Shown here: positions 1 through 8,087 of the stretch, in pieces
Position numbering within the stretch: the first letter of the stretch is position 1
Layout of the letters: every line of letters begins with the position of its first letter
Origin: an uncultured Rikenellaceae bacterium
GTDB taxonomy: Bacteria > Bacteroidota > Bacteroidia > Bacteroidales > VadinHA17
Length of the DNA stretch: 33,250 nt
NCBI GenBank assembly: GCA_964515985.1
Contig: CAZEWS010000005.1
Coordinates: 1-33,250 of the forward strand
Reading direction: 5' to 3'
Notes under the pieces: generated by a model
What the model was told of the DNA's origin: nothing
Database searches by the model: none
Seen by the model: only the letters and a program-made list of their open reading frames with translations
Program-made: the position numbers and the translations under genes

Positions 1-160
1 ACATTTTCTTAATCAACCCTTGTGCTTCGCGGTATTAATCCCGCCCTAAGTGTTGCGGGCATGTGCTTTTCTTTTTTTTAGACCTGCCCAAATGGGTTTC
101 AAGCCGTTAGTAATTGTTGAGTTGAACAATTAAAACAGTATAGTAATTGTAGTTTCCTAT

Positions 161-1444
161 TCACCCGCCTGTAATTGAAGAAACCCTTACTGCCCGCCAC
201 GATGTCCTTCCTTTCTTCTTGTCAAAGGATGGCTTCAAATCGAAGTTCACAAGCTGCCCATTTTGTGTTCCATCTGGCAGGTCATCCTTACTGCAAAAGA
301 ATGATTCTTTTTCTCTTGTCTCAATAAAGCAAAAAGGTTTATTGGTGGTCCCAAGCTTAACTTTTCCTTTGAGGTTTCGCGTCTTTTGCTTTGGCGGCGG
401 TCCGTCATTTTCATCAACATTAGCCAGCCATGTTTTTTTACAAGTTTGGATACAATCGCTTGAAGTAGTGGGAAGGTCAACTTTTTGCTCTTTACTTTTC
501 AATTGCTCAATGATTTCAATCAATTCATCTGAAACAAACCATCCCTGCTCTTCTCTTATGCATCGAACTAGTTGGTAATGATAAAGCGCTTCCTTTGGTT
601 TTTGGGTTCGCAGCATTGCGTCAGCAAGGTCCCTAAACAAACTTACCTTGTTGGTTACCGGTCCGAGTGTAATAGCCGCTTTGAACATCGACTTCAAAGC
701 ATCTTCTTCCTTACCGTTCTTCAAAAGCACTTTAGCATATTCGTGCAACATCCACCAATCAACCCGTCCTTTCCTGGTCAGTTTATTATAGATTTCTTCT
801 CCAGCGGTGAAATTCTCTTGTGCAATACTCGCTTTCGCAACCAACCGTTCAAAGAACTTAGCCTTTCCCTTAAACTGGTCTTTAACTTGGTTTACAAGCT
901 CAATTCCTTCATTAAAGTTTCCATTCGCAATTAAGCCAGCCGACCGATAGTAATACCACAATTCCTTATTAGTCCAGTTGCCCTTTACAGCGCTTTCATC
1001 TTGTAATTGGTTAGGGTCAATTTTTATCAACCACTCGTTCATTATTTCCCAATCTCGATTTTTCTTAGCAACCTTAGCAACCTTAAACGCCACCATGTTG
1101 AAGGCGGTTAGCTCAGGATTCATTTCCAAGATATTGTTTGCAATGTCAGTGACAGTCAGGGTATCTATATCTTCCTCTAATCTATACAGTCTGCCAAAGA
1201 TGTTTGCCCAAATACACTCGTTCTTGCACCATTTGAAATCTGAATATTTTTCAAACACAACTTCCGAGAAGGCAAGTGCTTTATCGTGTTGTTTTATTTT
1301 GCGATAACAATGAAGTAATCCGGCTGCTGTGAACTTATCTTTTTTGGCCTCCCAAAGCTCCTCATACAGCTTGACTGCTTCTTCAAATTCCCCGCTTTTT
1401 CTAAGTTCGTTAGCTTCTGAACTCTTCTCTTGATTGGTTGCCAT
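161..1444 (-). CDS. TPR-like helical-repeat protein with a C-terminal cold-shock/OB-fold-like nucleic-acid-binding domain (last gene of the RnlA-like operon)
   Basis: 427-aa ORF. Its ATG overlaps the upstream stop (TAATG at 1444). The N-terminal ~330 aa are helical with TPR-like A/Y/W/L spacing. A Pro-rich linker (DENDGPPPKQK) follows. The C-terminus GKVKLG..KPFCFIE..FFCSKDDLPDG..GQLVNFDL..WRAVRV fits the CSD pattern GxVKxF..GFGFI..D.FvH..G..V.F. Confidence 0.7.
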   Translation of the reverse strand: MATNQEKSSEANELRKSGEFEEAVKLYEELWEAKKDKFTAAGLLHCYRKIKQHDKALAFSEVVFEKYSDFKWCKNECIWANIFGRLYRLEEDIDTLTVTDIANNILEMNPELTAFNMVAFKVAKVAKKNRDWEIMNEWLIKIDPNQLQDESAVKGNWTNKELWYYYRSAGLIANGNFNEGIELVNQVKDQFKGKAKFFERLVAKASIAQENFTAGEEIYNKLTRKGRVDWWMLHEYAKVLLKNGKEEDALKSMFKAAITLGPVTNKVSLFRDLADAMLRTQKPKEALYHYQLVRCIREEQGWFVSDELIEIIEQLKSKEQKVDLPTTSSDCIQTCKKTWLANVDENDGPPPKQKTRNLKGKVKLGTTNKPFCFIETREKESFFCSKDDLPDGTQNGQLVNFDLKPSFDKKKGRTSWRAVRVSSITGG

Positions 1445-2400
1445 TAGTCAAGTACTTGTACGGTGGTTTTAAAATGCATTTTAGCAACATTCGCCAACTG
1501 GTCTTGACCATGCTTTTCAACAAGCAGTTTTGCTTGCTCAACTACCTGTGGAGAGGCTCCTTTACTCAACTCCATTCCGTACTCTTCAGACAAATTCTTC
1601 ATTCTCTCAAGAAATCGTGCTCTTGCTAATATAGAAGCCGCAGCGACTGCAGTATGGCTCTCTGCTTTATGCTCTTGCGTAAGGTTTATTCTTCTGCCCT
1701 TTTCTTGCAACTTGCTCAGAATAAAACGTTCATCTGCAAACTTGTCCGACACCGCATTTTCGCAATCTACCTTTGTCAGAACTTCTTCAATGGCCTTAGC
1801 GTGCCCCCAAGCTAATAGCATGTTAAGATTTTTACCCTCGCGTTGAAATGTGTCATACAAATTGTTGTAGGTTGGTGGGGTTATTTCAATCACCGCATAT
1901 TGGTCATGGCAAATGTTACGTATCGTCCGCGCCAACTCCAATATTTTAGCGTCACTTATCTTCTTACTATCCCTGACACCAATTCTATCCAAAATAGTCT
2001 TAGTCCGAGCATCTACATACACTCCAGCAGCAACAAGTGGCCCAAAATAATCGCCCTTACCTGACTCATCTGTTCCAATGTTTGGTTTGAAGTTATCAAG
2101 TTTGTTTGCTTCGTGTCCATTAGCTCCTTGGTCTGGGGTGCTATCCTTGTGCCCTTCTAGTGCTTCAATGATGCGATGTTTTTTCTCATCCTCTTTAATA
2201 GGGGAGTAGTCATACTTTACTACCCCCTTTTTGTTGCGGTATATACGTATCAGTCCTTTCCAGCCACCTTCTGATATGCTGAATTGCACCCCGTAATCAA
2301 TCTCCTTGTAATCTCGCACGTTAAACCCAGCCTGCTCCAGTGCTGACTTGGAGGTTCCAAATATCTCTTGTAATATTTCCCTGTTGCTCATTTCCATCAT
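1444..2400 (-). CDS. rnhC: RNase HIII-like ribonuclease (TBP-like N-terminal domain + RNase HII/HIII catalytic domain)
   Basis: 318-aa ORF. The N-terminal ~85 aa (..VQFSISEGGWKGLIRIYRNKKGVV..) resemble the RNase HIII substrate-binding domain. GTDESGKGDYFGPLVAAGVYVD is the RNase HIII signature. SDKF and HKAESHTAVAAASILARARF complete a D-E-D-E set. The start overlaps the upstream stop by 1 nt (TAATG at 2400). Confidence 0.85.
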   Translation of the reverse strand: MMEMSNREILQEIFGTSKSALEQAGFNVRDYKEIDYGVQFSISEGGWKGLIRIYRNKKGVVKYDYSPIKEDEKKHRIIEALEGHKDSTPDQGANGHEANKLDNFKPNIGTDESGKGDYFGPLVAAGVYVDARTKTILDRIGVRDSKKISDAKILELARTIRNICHDQYAVIEITPPTYNNLYDTFQREGKNLNMLLAWGHAKAIEEVLTKVDCENAVSDKFADERFILSKLQEKGRRINLTQEHKAESHTAVAAASILARARFLERMKNLSEEYGMELSKGASPQVVEQAKLLVEKHGQDQLANVAKMHFKTTVQVLD

Positions 2401-3059
2401 TACGGATAAATCCCTCCAAATTCAGGCTCGTTAAAGTAGTCAAAGAGCTCCTTCGTGTTCTTTAAAATTTCGTCCAATTTGTCGCTGGCTTCCTCATGTG
2501 TATTTACTTTGGTTACAGTGCTACTGTCACTGTGCATCATAAAGTTTCTGGTCATATCGAGTGCAACAGATAGCTTATCGATATAACTTCCAGCATACTT
2601 TTCCTTCACGATTAAAGCAGTTCGCCTGGAATAGGTTTTATCCTTTAGATTGGTGAAGCCATCTTCCTTTCTGCTAAAATGTGTCGGTGGGTAAAATCCA
2701 ACCGCTAACAAAAGCTTTTTTGCAAACCCCTCAAAAGCCTTAGACGCTGGCATTACTACTGGTGAGTATTCAGGCAGCGGAATTCCGGCAATACGCAGAC
2801 ATTCTGCTGCAACAAACCACTTTTGGTCATGGGGTTCAAGGAACTTGTATGCATCCTGCAATACTCCCATGATGTTGTTCTCTGCAGTTTCAAGAAGTAG
2901 AGGCGTACATGAAGCAGTGAACTTCTCCAGCACTTCCTCATCATGGGAAATAAAACGGATTATGACCTCTTGCTCACTTGGAGTGCCTATTTTTTCGATG
3001 ATGTCACATACATCGTTAAAGAGCTTGTCTTCTTTACCTTGCAAAAAAGAGTGTCCCAT
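2400..3059 (-). CDS. HEPN-domain RNase, C-terminal (Dmd-binding-domain-like) part of a frameshift-split RnlA/LsoA-like toxin
   Basis: 219-aa ORF. Rx4H HEPN motif TRNFMMH (R171..H176) lies in a helical C-terminal region. The N-terminus MGHSFLQGKEDK continues the TBP-like motif of the upstream ORF in the +1 frame. It overlaps ORF 3034..3504 by 26 nt. Confidence 0.7.
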   Translation of the reverse strand: MGHSFLQGKEDKLFNDVCDIIEKIGTPSEQEVIIRFISHDEEVLEKFTASCTPLLLETAENNIMGVLQDAYKFLEPHDQKWFVAAECLRIAGIPLPEYSPVVMPASKAFEGFAKKLLLAVGFYPPTHFSRKEDGFTNLKDKTYSRRTALIVKEKYAGSYIDKLSVALDMTRNFMMHSDSSTVTKVNTHEEASDKLDEILKNTKELFDYFNEPEFGGIYP

Positions 3060-3504
3060 TGTTGAATTGTGTTACTGTTAGCGAGTATTCTGCTCTGATT
3101 ATCTTTGCTCGGTATTCTTGATGTGCAGCAGGGTTTTCTTCTATAGTGAGCGTTCCATAAATATCGTTGAGTTCATTCTTAATGGCTTCCTTTACTTTGT
3201 CGACAATTATCATATACTTCTGTGCGCATGACTTGACTTTAAGCTCCTCGATTTGTCTGAGAATCTCAGGCGAATCGGTCACTTTGGTTTTTAACTCATC
3301 GAACTCTTTCTTCAGTTGAAGCTTGGGACTACCTCCAGGCACGAACTTTCCTGTGTGGTAGAGCATGAGTGATATTTTTTCATAACCATTGGAGATTTCA
3401 TACTTCACGTAACCGTTCTGCTGAGTTTTGTTTACCTGATATTTTTTATCTTGACAGTATTTGTCAAGATAGTCTTCGATGAGATTTGCATGTCCTTCAG
3501 CCAT
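3034..3504 (-). CDS. N-terminal part of the RnlA/LsoA-like toxin: two tandem TBP-like (RNase HIII N-domain-like) repeats
   Basis: 156-aa ORF. YVKYEISNGYEKISLMLYHTGKF parallels VQFSISEGGWKGLIRIYRNKKGV of the neighbouring RNase HIII. The second repeat ends ..SLTVTQFNNGTLFFAR*, truncated inside the expected NGTLxxQGK motif. Confidence 0.7.
   Translation of the reverse strand: MAEGHANLIEDYLDKYCQDKKYQVNKTQQNGYVKYEISNGYEKISLMLYHTGKFVPGGSPKLQLKKEFDELKTKVTDSPEILRQIEELKVKSCAQKYMIIVDKVKEAIKNELNDIYGTLTIEENPAAHQEYRAKIIRAEYSLTVTQFNNGTLFFAR
3043..3048 (-). other. Homopolymer tract (A6 on the plus strand, T6 in the mRNA sense) at the frame junction of the split RnlA-like gene
   Basis: Sense strand reads AAT GGG ACA CTC TTT TTT GCA AGG TAA. 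Removing one T gives ..NGTLFLQGKEDKLF.. and fuses both ORFs into one ~370-aa reading frame. Confidence 0.8.
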
Positions 3505-3943
3505 GATTATTGTAATTAGGTATAAACAATAAATTTACAAAAATTATTCCTTTCATTTCTATTGACTTAAATAATGTAGTCTATATGACGTATTGACAGA
3601 GAGACAATCCTTAACTATGTTCTGATGAAAGCAAATTTTAATTATACAAGCATTGCCCGCAACTTGTTTATAAGGTGAATAAACTTCACATTCATACTCC
3701 GATATTTCCGGATAAGAGGAAGTTTGTTCCACTTTATTACAAATATAATCAAAAATCCATGTCCAAAAAAGGACTATTTATACTTAAATACTTGTTCTTT
3801 TATCTTACAGTTTACCCCGTTGGAAATTCCGAAATTCCTTCGGGGTTTATCTGGGTTAGGTATTTAGATCCCGAATAACTTCTGCCTGCCATAGGCATCC
3901 CTATGGGAAAAGGCATCGCTTTGTGAGCTTTCGGGATAAATTA

Positions 3944-4034
3944 TTACTCACTACGTTCGTGAGATCACTTCGTTAAGTTCCCTTGGGGATGAGATCGGTT
4001 ACTCACTTGGTTCGTGAGAACGCTTCGCTTAGTT
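3944..4034. repeat. Two ~36-bp direct repeats (ttactcacNNNgttcgtgagaNc(a/g)cttcg(t/c)ttagtt), each containing a ctcac/gtgag mini-hairpin
   Basis: Copy 1 is at about 3944-3979 and copy 2 at about 3999-4034. A related inverted copy is at about 19249-19268. Confidence 0.7.
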
Positions 4035-4122
4035 TACTAAGTTCGACTAACAGCCTAGTCCAACGAGCAAAATAAGGAGATCCCGATGAACTCATTCTGA
4101 GTTATCGGGATAAGTTCAACTA

Positions 4123-4159
4123 TAAGATTTTACTGCGCCAAACAGCTTGTAAAATCTTA
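4123..4159 (-). terminator. Hairpin immediately downstream of the mnmE stop (taagattttac / gtaaaatctta, 11-bp stem)
   Basis: Perfect inverted repeat 8 nt past the mnmE stop codon. No clear U-run follows on the minus strand. Confidence 0.35.
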
Positions 4160-4166
4160 GTTTCAC

Positions 4167-5573
4167 TTACTTTCCAATACAAAACTTCGAGAAAATATTA
4201 CCTAATATCTCATCGGTGGTGATCTCTCCGGTGATCTCACCCAGGTAATGCAAAACCTCACGGATATCCTGTGCAAGGAAATCACCGGAAATTTCCTGTT
4301 CCAGTCCGTTCAAAACACGTTGAATGGCTTCCGAGGAATGGACAAGGGCTTCATAATGTCGTGCATTGGTGACAATTATGTCGTTTTCTTCCAGCGCTTT
4401 CAGATTTATAAATTTTACCAGTTCCTGGGCCAGGTCATGAACATCTCCGTGATCGAGGGCCGAGATCAGTATAAATCCATCCTGCTCCCGGAGAGAATCA
4501 AGTTTTTTACGGGTGAATTTCTTGTTTATCTCAGATTCAGCCAGCTTGTCGGTTTTATTTATGACTAGAATAAGCTGCTTGTCGTCAGAAGAAGTCTGTT
4601 TCAGTATTTCCTTAACAGACCCCTGTATTATGTTAATATCATCTGTAGCATCCACCAAAAGAAGAACAATCGAAGCTTGTTTGATCTTCTGATATGTTTT
4701 GCGAATGCCAAGGTTCTCAATGAAATCTGACGTTTCTCTCAGTCCGGCCGTATCAATAAAACGAAACGCAACACCCTCAATAACAATAGTGTCTTCAATC
4801 GCATCCCTGGTAGTACCCGGCACCTTGGAAACAATTGCTTTTTCTTCTTTTACGAGCGAATTCAGAAGGGTGGATTTGCCTACGTTGGGCTTACCTACAA
4901 TGGTGACCGGAACTCCATTTTTTATTACATTTCCAAGCGAAAATGAATTTACTAACTGTTCTATCAGCTTATTGATCTTTAAAACCAGGTCTTTTAATTC
5001 CCTTCTGTCAGCAAATTCAACATCCTCTTCAATGAAATCCAGTTCCAGTTCAATGAGTGATATAAAATTCACCAGTTTTTCCCGCAGTTTTTTTATTTCA
5101 TCCGAAAAGCCACCCCGCATCTGGTTTATAGCCACTTTATGAGATGCCCGGGATGTTGAAGCAATCAGGTCGGCTACTGCTTCCGCCTGTGAGAGGTCCA
5201 TTTTACCATTCAAAAATGCACGCATAGTAAACTCTCCAGGGATTGCAAGCCGGGCTCCATTATTAATGAACAGTTGAAGCAATTGTTGCTGCACATATGT
5301 AGCGCCATGGCACGAAACCTCAACCACATCTTCGCCGGTGTAGGAATGAGGGGCTTTAAAAATTCCAACCACAACCTCGTCAATGATCTTATCTCCATCC
5401 CTGATGGTTCCAAAATGCAATGTATTGGGCTTTTGACTAATCAGCTTTTTCCTTTTTGAATAGAAAAGTTTGTCACATATACGTACAGCATCTTTACCTG
5501 AAAGCCGCACAACAGCAATGGCGCCGGAGCCGGGTGGGGTTGAAATGGCACAAATGGTAGAATCGTCGAGCAT
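4167..5573 (-). CDS. mnmE: tRNA modification GTPase MnmE (TrmE)
   Basis: 468 aa. N-terminal ICAISTPPGSGAIAVVRLSG; G-domain GKPNVGKSTLLN, DTAGLR, NKTD; hallmark C-terminal CIGK. Confidence 0.95.
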   Translation of the reverse strand: MLDDSTICAISTPPGSGAIAVVRLSGKDAVRICDKLFYSKRKKLISQKPNTLHFGTIRDGDKIIDEVVVGIFKAPHSYTGEDVVEVSCHGATYVQQQLLQLFINNGARLAIPGEFTMRAFLNGKMDLSQAEAVADLIASTSRASHKVAINQMRGGFSDEIKKLREKLVNFISLIELELDFIEEDVEFADRRELKDLVLKINKLIEQLVNSFSLGNVIKNGVPVTIVGKPNVGKSTLLNSLVKEEKAIVSKVPGTTRDAIEDTIVIEGVAFRFIDTAGLRETSDFIENLGIRKTYQKIKQASIVLLLVDATDDINIIQGSVKEILKQTSSDDKQLILVINKTDKLAESEINKKFTRKKLDSLREQDGFILISALDHGDVHDLAQELVKFINLKALEENDIIVTNARHYEALVHSSEAIQRVLNGLEQEISGDFLAQDIREVLHYLGEITGEITTDEILGNIFSKFCIGK

Positions 5574-5835
5574 TTGAAACGCTGGTTTTAATGTTGTAAA
5601 TCAGTAAAATATTTTGTGCAAATATACGAAACAATGGGTGAAGAAAAGGTTAAGGTTGAGGTGGCAGCGGAAGGAAGTAGTAAATTAGTACGCAGTAGCC
5701 AGTATGCAGTATGCAGATGGAATTGTGAATTCGAAACCTTAATTGTACAGCCGAATTGTATTTAGCTGGACATAGACCTGGCATAACCGGTAAATCATAA
5801 ACGGGTATGCTAATTCACTGAAAATACTGAGATAG

Positions 5836-7680
5836 TCAGCGGTTAACAGGCATATTGGAATAATTCCGGATTTTCATATTAGCTGTAATCTTTTCAACCG
5901 GTAAGGTAATCATAGACTCGGCGTAAATCTCTGCGAGGTCCTTTACAGGATAAAGACCGGCCATTTGGAAAGTCTTTTTACATAACGGACAACTGGTTGT
6001 TAGTTGTTGAGTATCATTTGTTACAATTTGCTCAATGGTTTCCCGGGCAATTTGCCTCTTTTCTTCGACATCCAGTTCCAGGTCAGCAAGGCTTCCACCG
6101 CAACATAAACCATCCCCAGGAGTGTAATCTTTGTTTTGTAAATAAACCAGTAAGTCCAGCACATTTCTCGGTTCACTGTAAATTCCCAGATCGCGTCCCA
6201 GTTCACAGGGATCATGATAAACAGTTTTTATTCCGTTTTGTTGAGGAATAAATCTTCCTTCTTTTATCAGGGAATTCAGATACTGGGAATGATGAACCAC
6301 AGGCACCTGGTAATAGTAATCATTTTTAAAGGTATTCAGACAAATCGGGCAGGTGGTAACGATTAATGCCGGATTACAATTCAGTATCTTACTCCGTGTT
6401 CTGTTCGAAATTTCCCTGAATGCTTCATATTGTCCTGATAACAGTAAAGGCCGGCCACAACATATGGCCTCATATTCATCAATAAAAATAAAATCTTCTC
6501 CGGTAAGCATAAAAATTTTCTTCATTGCTTCCGTGATCGCCGGGGTTAACCGTGTCAAACATCCGCCAAAAAAAACAATTTTTGATGGAAATGCCGGCCA
6601 TGAAGCCTCATCCAGATATGAGAAATCATAATTCATTTTTCCGTTTATCCTGTTCCTTTCGTTCATTCTTATTGAAAGTGTGTCTACCTGAACCGGGCAA
6701 ACCTGTTTACAACGTCCGCACATCAAACAATTCATAACTGAATTTTCTTTGGGTTTTTTCCCGTTCCGGAGATTTCTGAGGAAATATAACGATTGTCCCA
6801 TTAAGCCGGTTTTAACATTCATTTGACAGGCATCAAGGCATATTCCACATAAAGAACATGCATGTACCTGGAAATTGGTGATGCCGTCATCATGAAGAGC
6901 TTCTATATTGGCATTTTTAAAGAAAATATGCGGTATTTCGGTAAAGATATGCATGTAGCGGGAGAAGGGGAGAAGAATAAAAAATCCTCCCAGAACACTG
7001 GAATAAAACAACCATGCGGCATCTGAAAGGAAATAATAATTTTCCGGAAGATAAATCAGATTACCAAGAAAACCCGTAAAGAAACCACCCCCACCATAAA
7101 CGGTATGATTGAGTGATTCTGCTATCAGCCTGGCCGGGAAAACAAGCCATAAAAAAGCCAGTGCTGTTTTATCCGTACTGCTGTGATTTGCTGTTTTACT
7201 GACACCAAGGAGTTTTGCATTGAACCTTTTATAAATTGCAAGGAAAAGTCCTGATAAAATAAAAATCAAAAGGATATCCATGATATAATTAAACCCGATA
7301 TCCAGCCATCCGGTTTCCAAATATCCCCTTACATAAAAATCAAGGAATATTGCTTTAGATGGAGAGGAAAGAAATGTGCCTGTTTTACAGATGGTTTCAA
7401 GTTGCCCTGCCAATATGAGAAGAAACCACCCGAAAGCCAGGCTCGTATGCATATACCACAGTCGCCGGTTAACCTTAAATATTCTCATGTGTAGCAGGCA
7501 TTCCCTGAATACTTCAGCAAGTGAATCCACTAACCATTTTATTGACAGAGCTTTCTTTAGCCTTACTTTGTTTCTGATACGTAATGTCATGAACCAACGG
7601 GTATAACTGATTATCAATGATATAATCAGAAAAATCAATCCGATTGTGAACGGGATGACGAAAAATGATTCCATATCCAT
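5836..7680 (-). CDS. Membrane-anchored Fe-S oxidoreductase, HdrE/NarI-like TM domain fused to an HdrD/DsrK-like domain (2x[4Fe-4S] + two CCG domains)
   Basis: 614 aa. About 6 N-terminal TM helices. CSLCGICLDAC and CLMCGRCKQVCP ferredoxin motifs. CCGRP and CCGGS cysteine-rich (CCG) motifs. The start overlaps the upstream stop by 1 nt. Confidence 0.75.
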   Translation of the reverse strand: MDMESFFVIPFTIGLIFLIISLIISYTRWFMTLRIRNKVRLKKALSIKWLVDSLAEVFRECLLHMRIFKVNRRLWYMHTSLAFGWFLLILAGQLETICKTGTFLSSPSKAIFLDFYVRGYLETGWLDIGFNYIMDILLIFILSGLFLAIYKRFNAKLLGVSKTANHSSTDKTALAFLWLVFPARLIAESLNHTVYGGGGFFTGFLGNLIYLPENYYFLSDAAWLFYSSVLGGFFILLPFSRYMHIFTEIPHIFFKNANIEALHDDGITNFQVHACSLCGICLDACQMNVKTGLMGQSLYFLRNLRNGKKPKENSVMNCLMCGRCKQVCPVQVDTLSIRMNERNRINGKMNYDFSYLDEASWPAFPSKIVFFGGCLTRLTPAITEAMKKIFMLTGEDFIFIDEYEAICCGRPLLLSGQYEAFREISNRTRSKILNCNPALIVTTCPICLNTFKNDYYYQVPVVHHSQYLNSLIKEGRFIPQQNGIKTVYHDPCELGRDLGIYSEPRNVLDLLVYLQNKDYTPGDGLCCGGSLADLELDVEEKRQIARETIEQIVTNDTQQLTTSCPLCKKTFQMAGLYPVKDLAEIYAESMITLPVEKITANMKIRNYSNMPVNR

Positions 7681-8087
7681 CAGGTTTTGTATATTTCAAA
7701 TATTCTTTTCATTTCTACAATCGCTTTTCTCGTATTAACTCCCCTGGGGCATACCAACCAGCATTTACCACAATACTGACAGTATTTCAATCCTCTTTTC
7801 AGATTTACATACAAGCCGGTTTTTAAATAGAGATGTAATTTTCTGAACCCCATTCCGGTTTTTTCAGATGAATTACAGGTAGCGGTGCATGAACCGCATG
7901 AAATGCATAATGATAAGGAAGGGACCCTTTCTATCATTTCCTTGTAATCAACATTTGGTCGGTCCTGGTCAAGCAACTGATCTTTATGAATTTTGAAGCC
8001 AAAATCTATCATGCTGATCCTGATTTTCAGATATAAAAGAATTTCTAAGAAAATGATGTACCTCAAATGCAACCCTTGATGCTTCAT
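7680..8087 (-). CDS. Small 4Fe-4S dicluster ferredoxin (HdrC-like)
   Basis: CISCGSCTATCNS and CQYCGKCWLVCPRG motifs. The track start at 8087 overlaps the HdrA-like gene by 104 nt. The internal Met (MIDFGFK, about 8012) is the more plausible start. Confidence 0.65.
   Translation of the reverse strand: MKHQGLHLRYIIFLEILLYLKIRISMIDFGFKIHKDQLLDQDRPNVDYKEMIERVPSLSLCISCGSCTATCNSSEKTGMGFRKLHLYLKTGLYVNLKRGLKYCQYCGKCWLVCPRGVNTRKAIVEMKRIFEIYKT

Noticed and set aside
219-1307. Plus-strand ORFs 219..578, 572..934 and 978..1307, and minus-strand ORF 247..480, nested in the TPR-CSD gene
   Set aside because: They lie antisense or out of frame inside a longer ORF that has coherent domain structure. Their sequences are low-complexity and Ser/Leu/Phe-rich, typical of shadow ORFs.
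48-3666. Inverted 10-mer tgcccgcaac flanking the four-gene operon (reverse complement at 52-61, forward at 3654-3663, with partial extension aagca..); considered as terminal inverted repeats of a mobile cassette
   Set aside because: Only 10 nt are exact. Given the size of the two flanks searched on both strands, a match of this length is expected by chance at roughly 0.2 per comparison. I saw no target-site duplication.
3675-3878. 67-aa plus-strand ORF in the spacer upstream of the RnlA-like operon; considered as a possible small antitoxin
   Set aside because: It has no recognisable motif. Its sequence runs through tandem repeats and a hairpin, and nothing supports a real start context. I treat it as non-coding.
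8012-8087. The first 25 codons of the small ferredoxin ORF (start at 8087)
   Set aside because: That start would overlap the HdrA-like gene by 104 nt. The N-terminal extension (MKHQGLHLRYIIFLEILLYLKIRIS) looks non-native. The internal Met at about 8012 is preferred, though I kept the track coordinates in the feature list.
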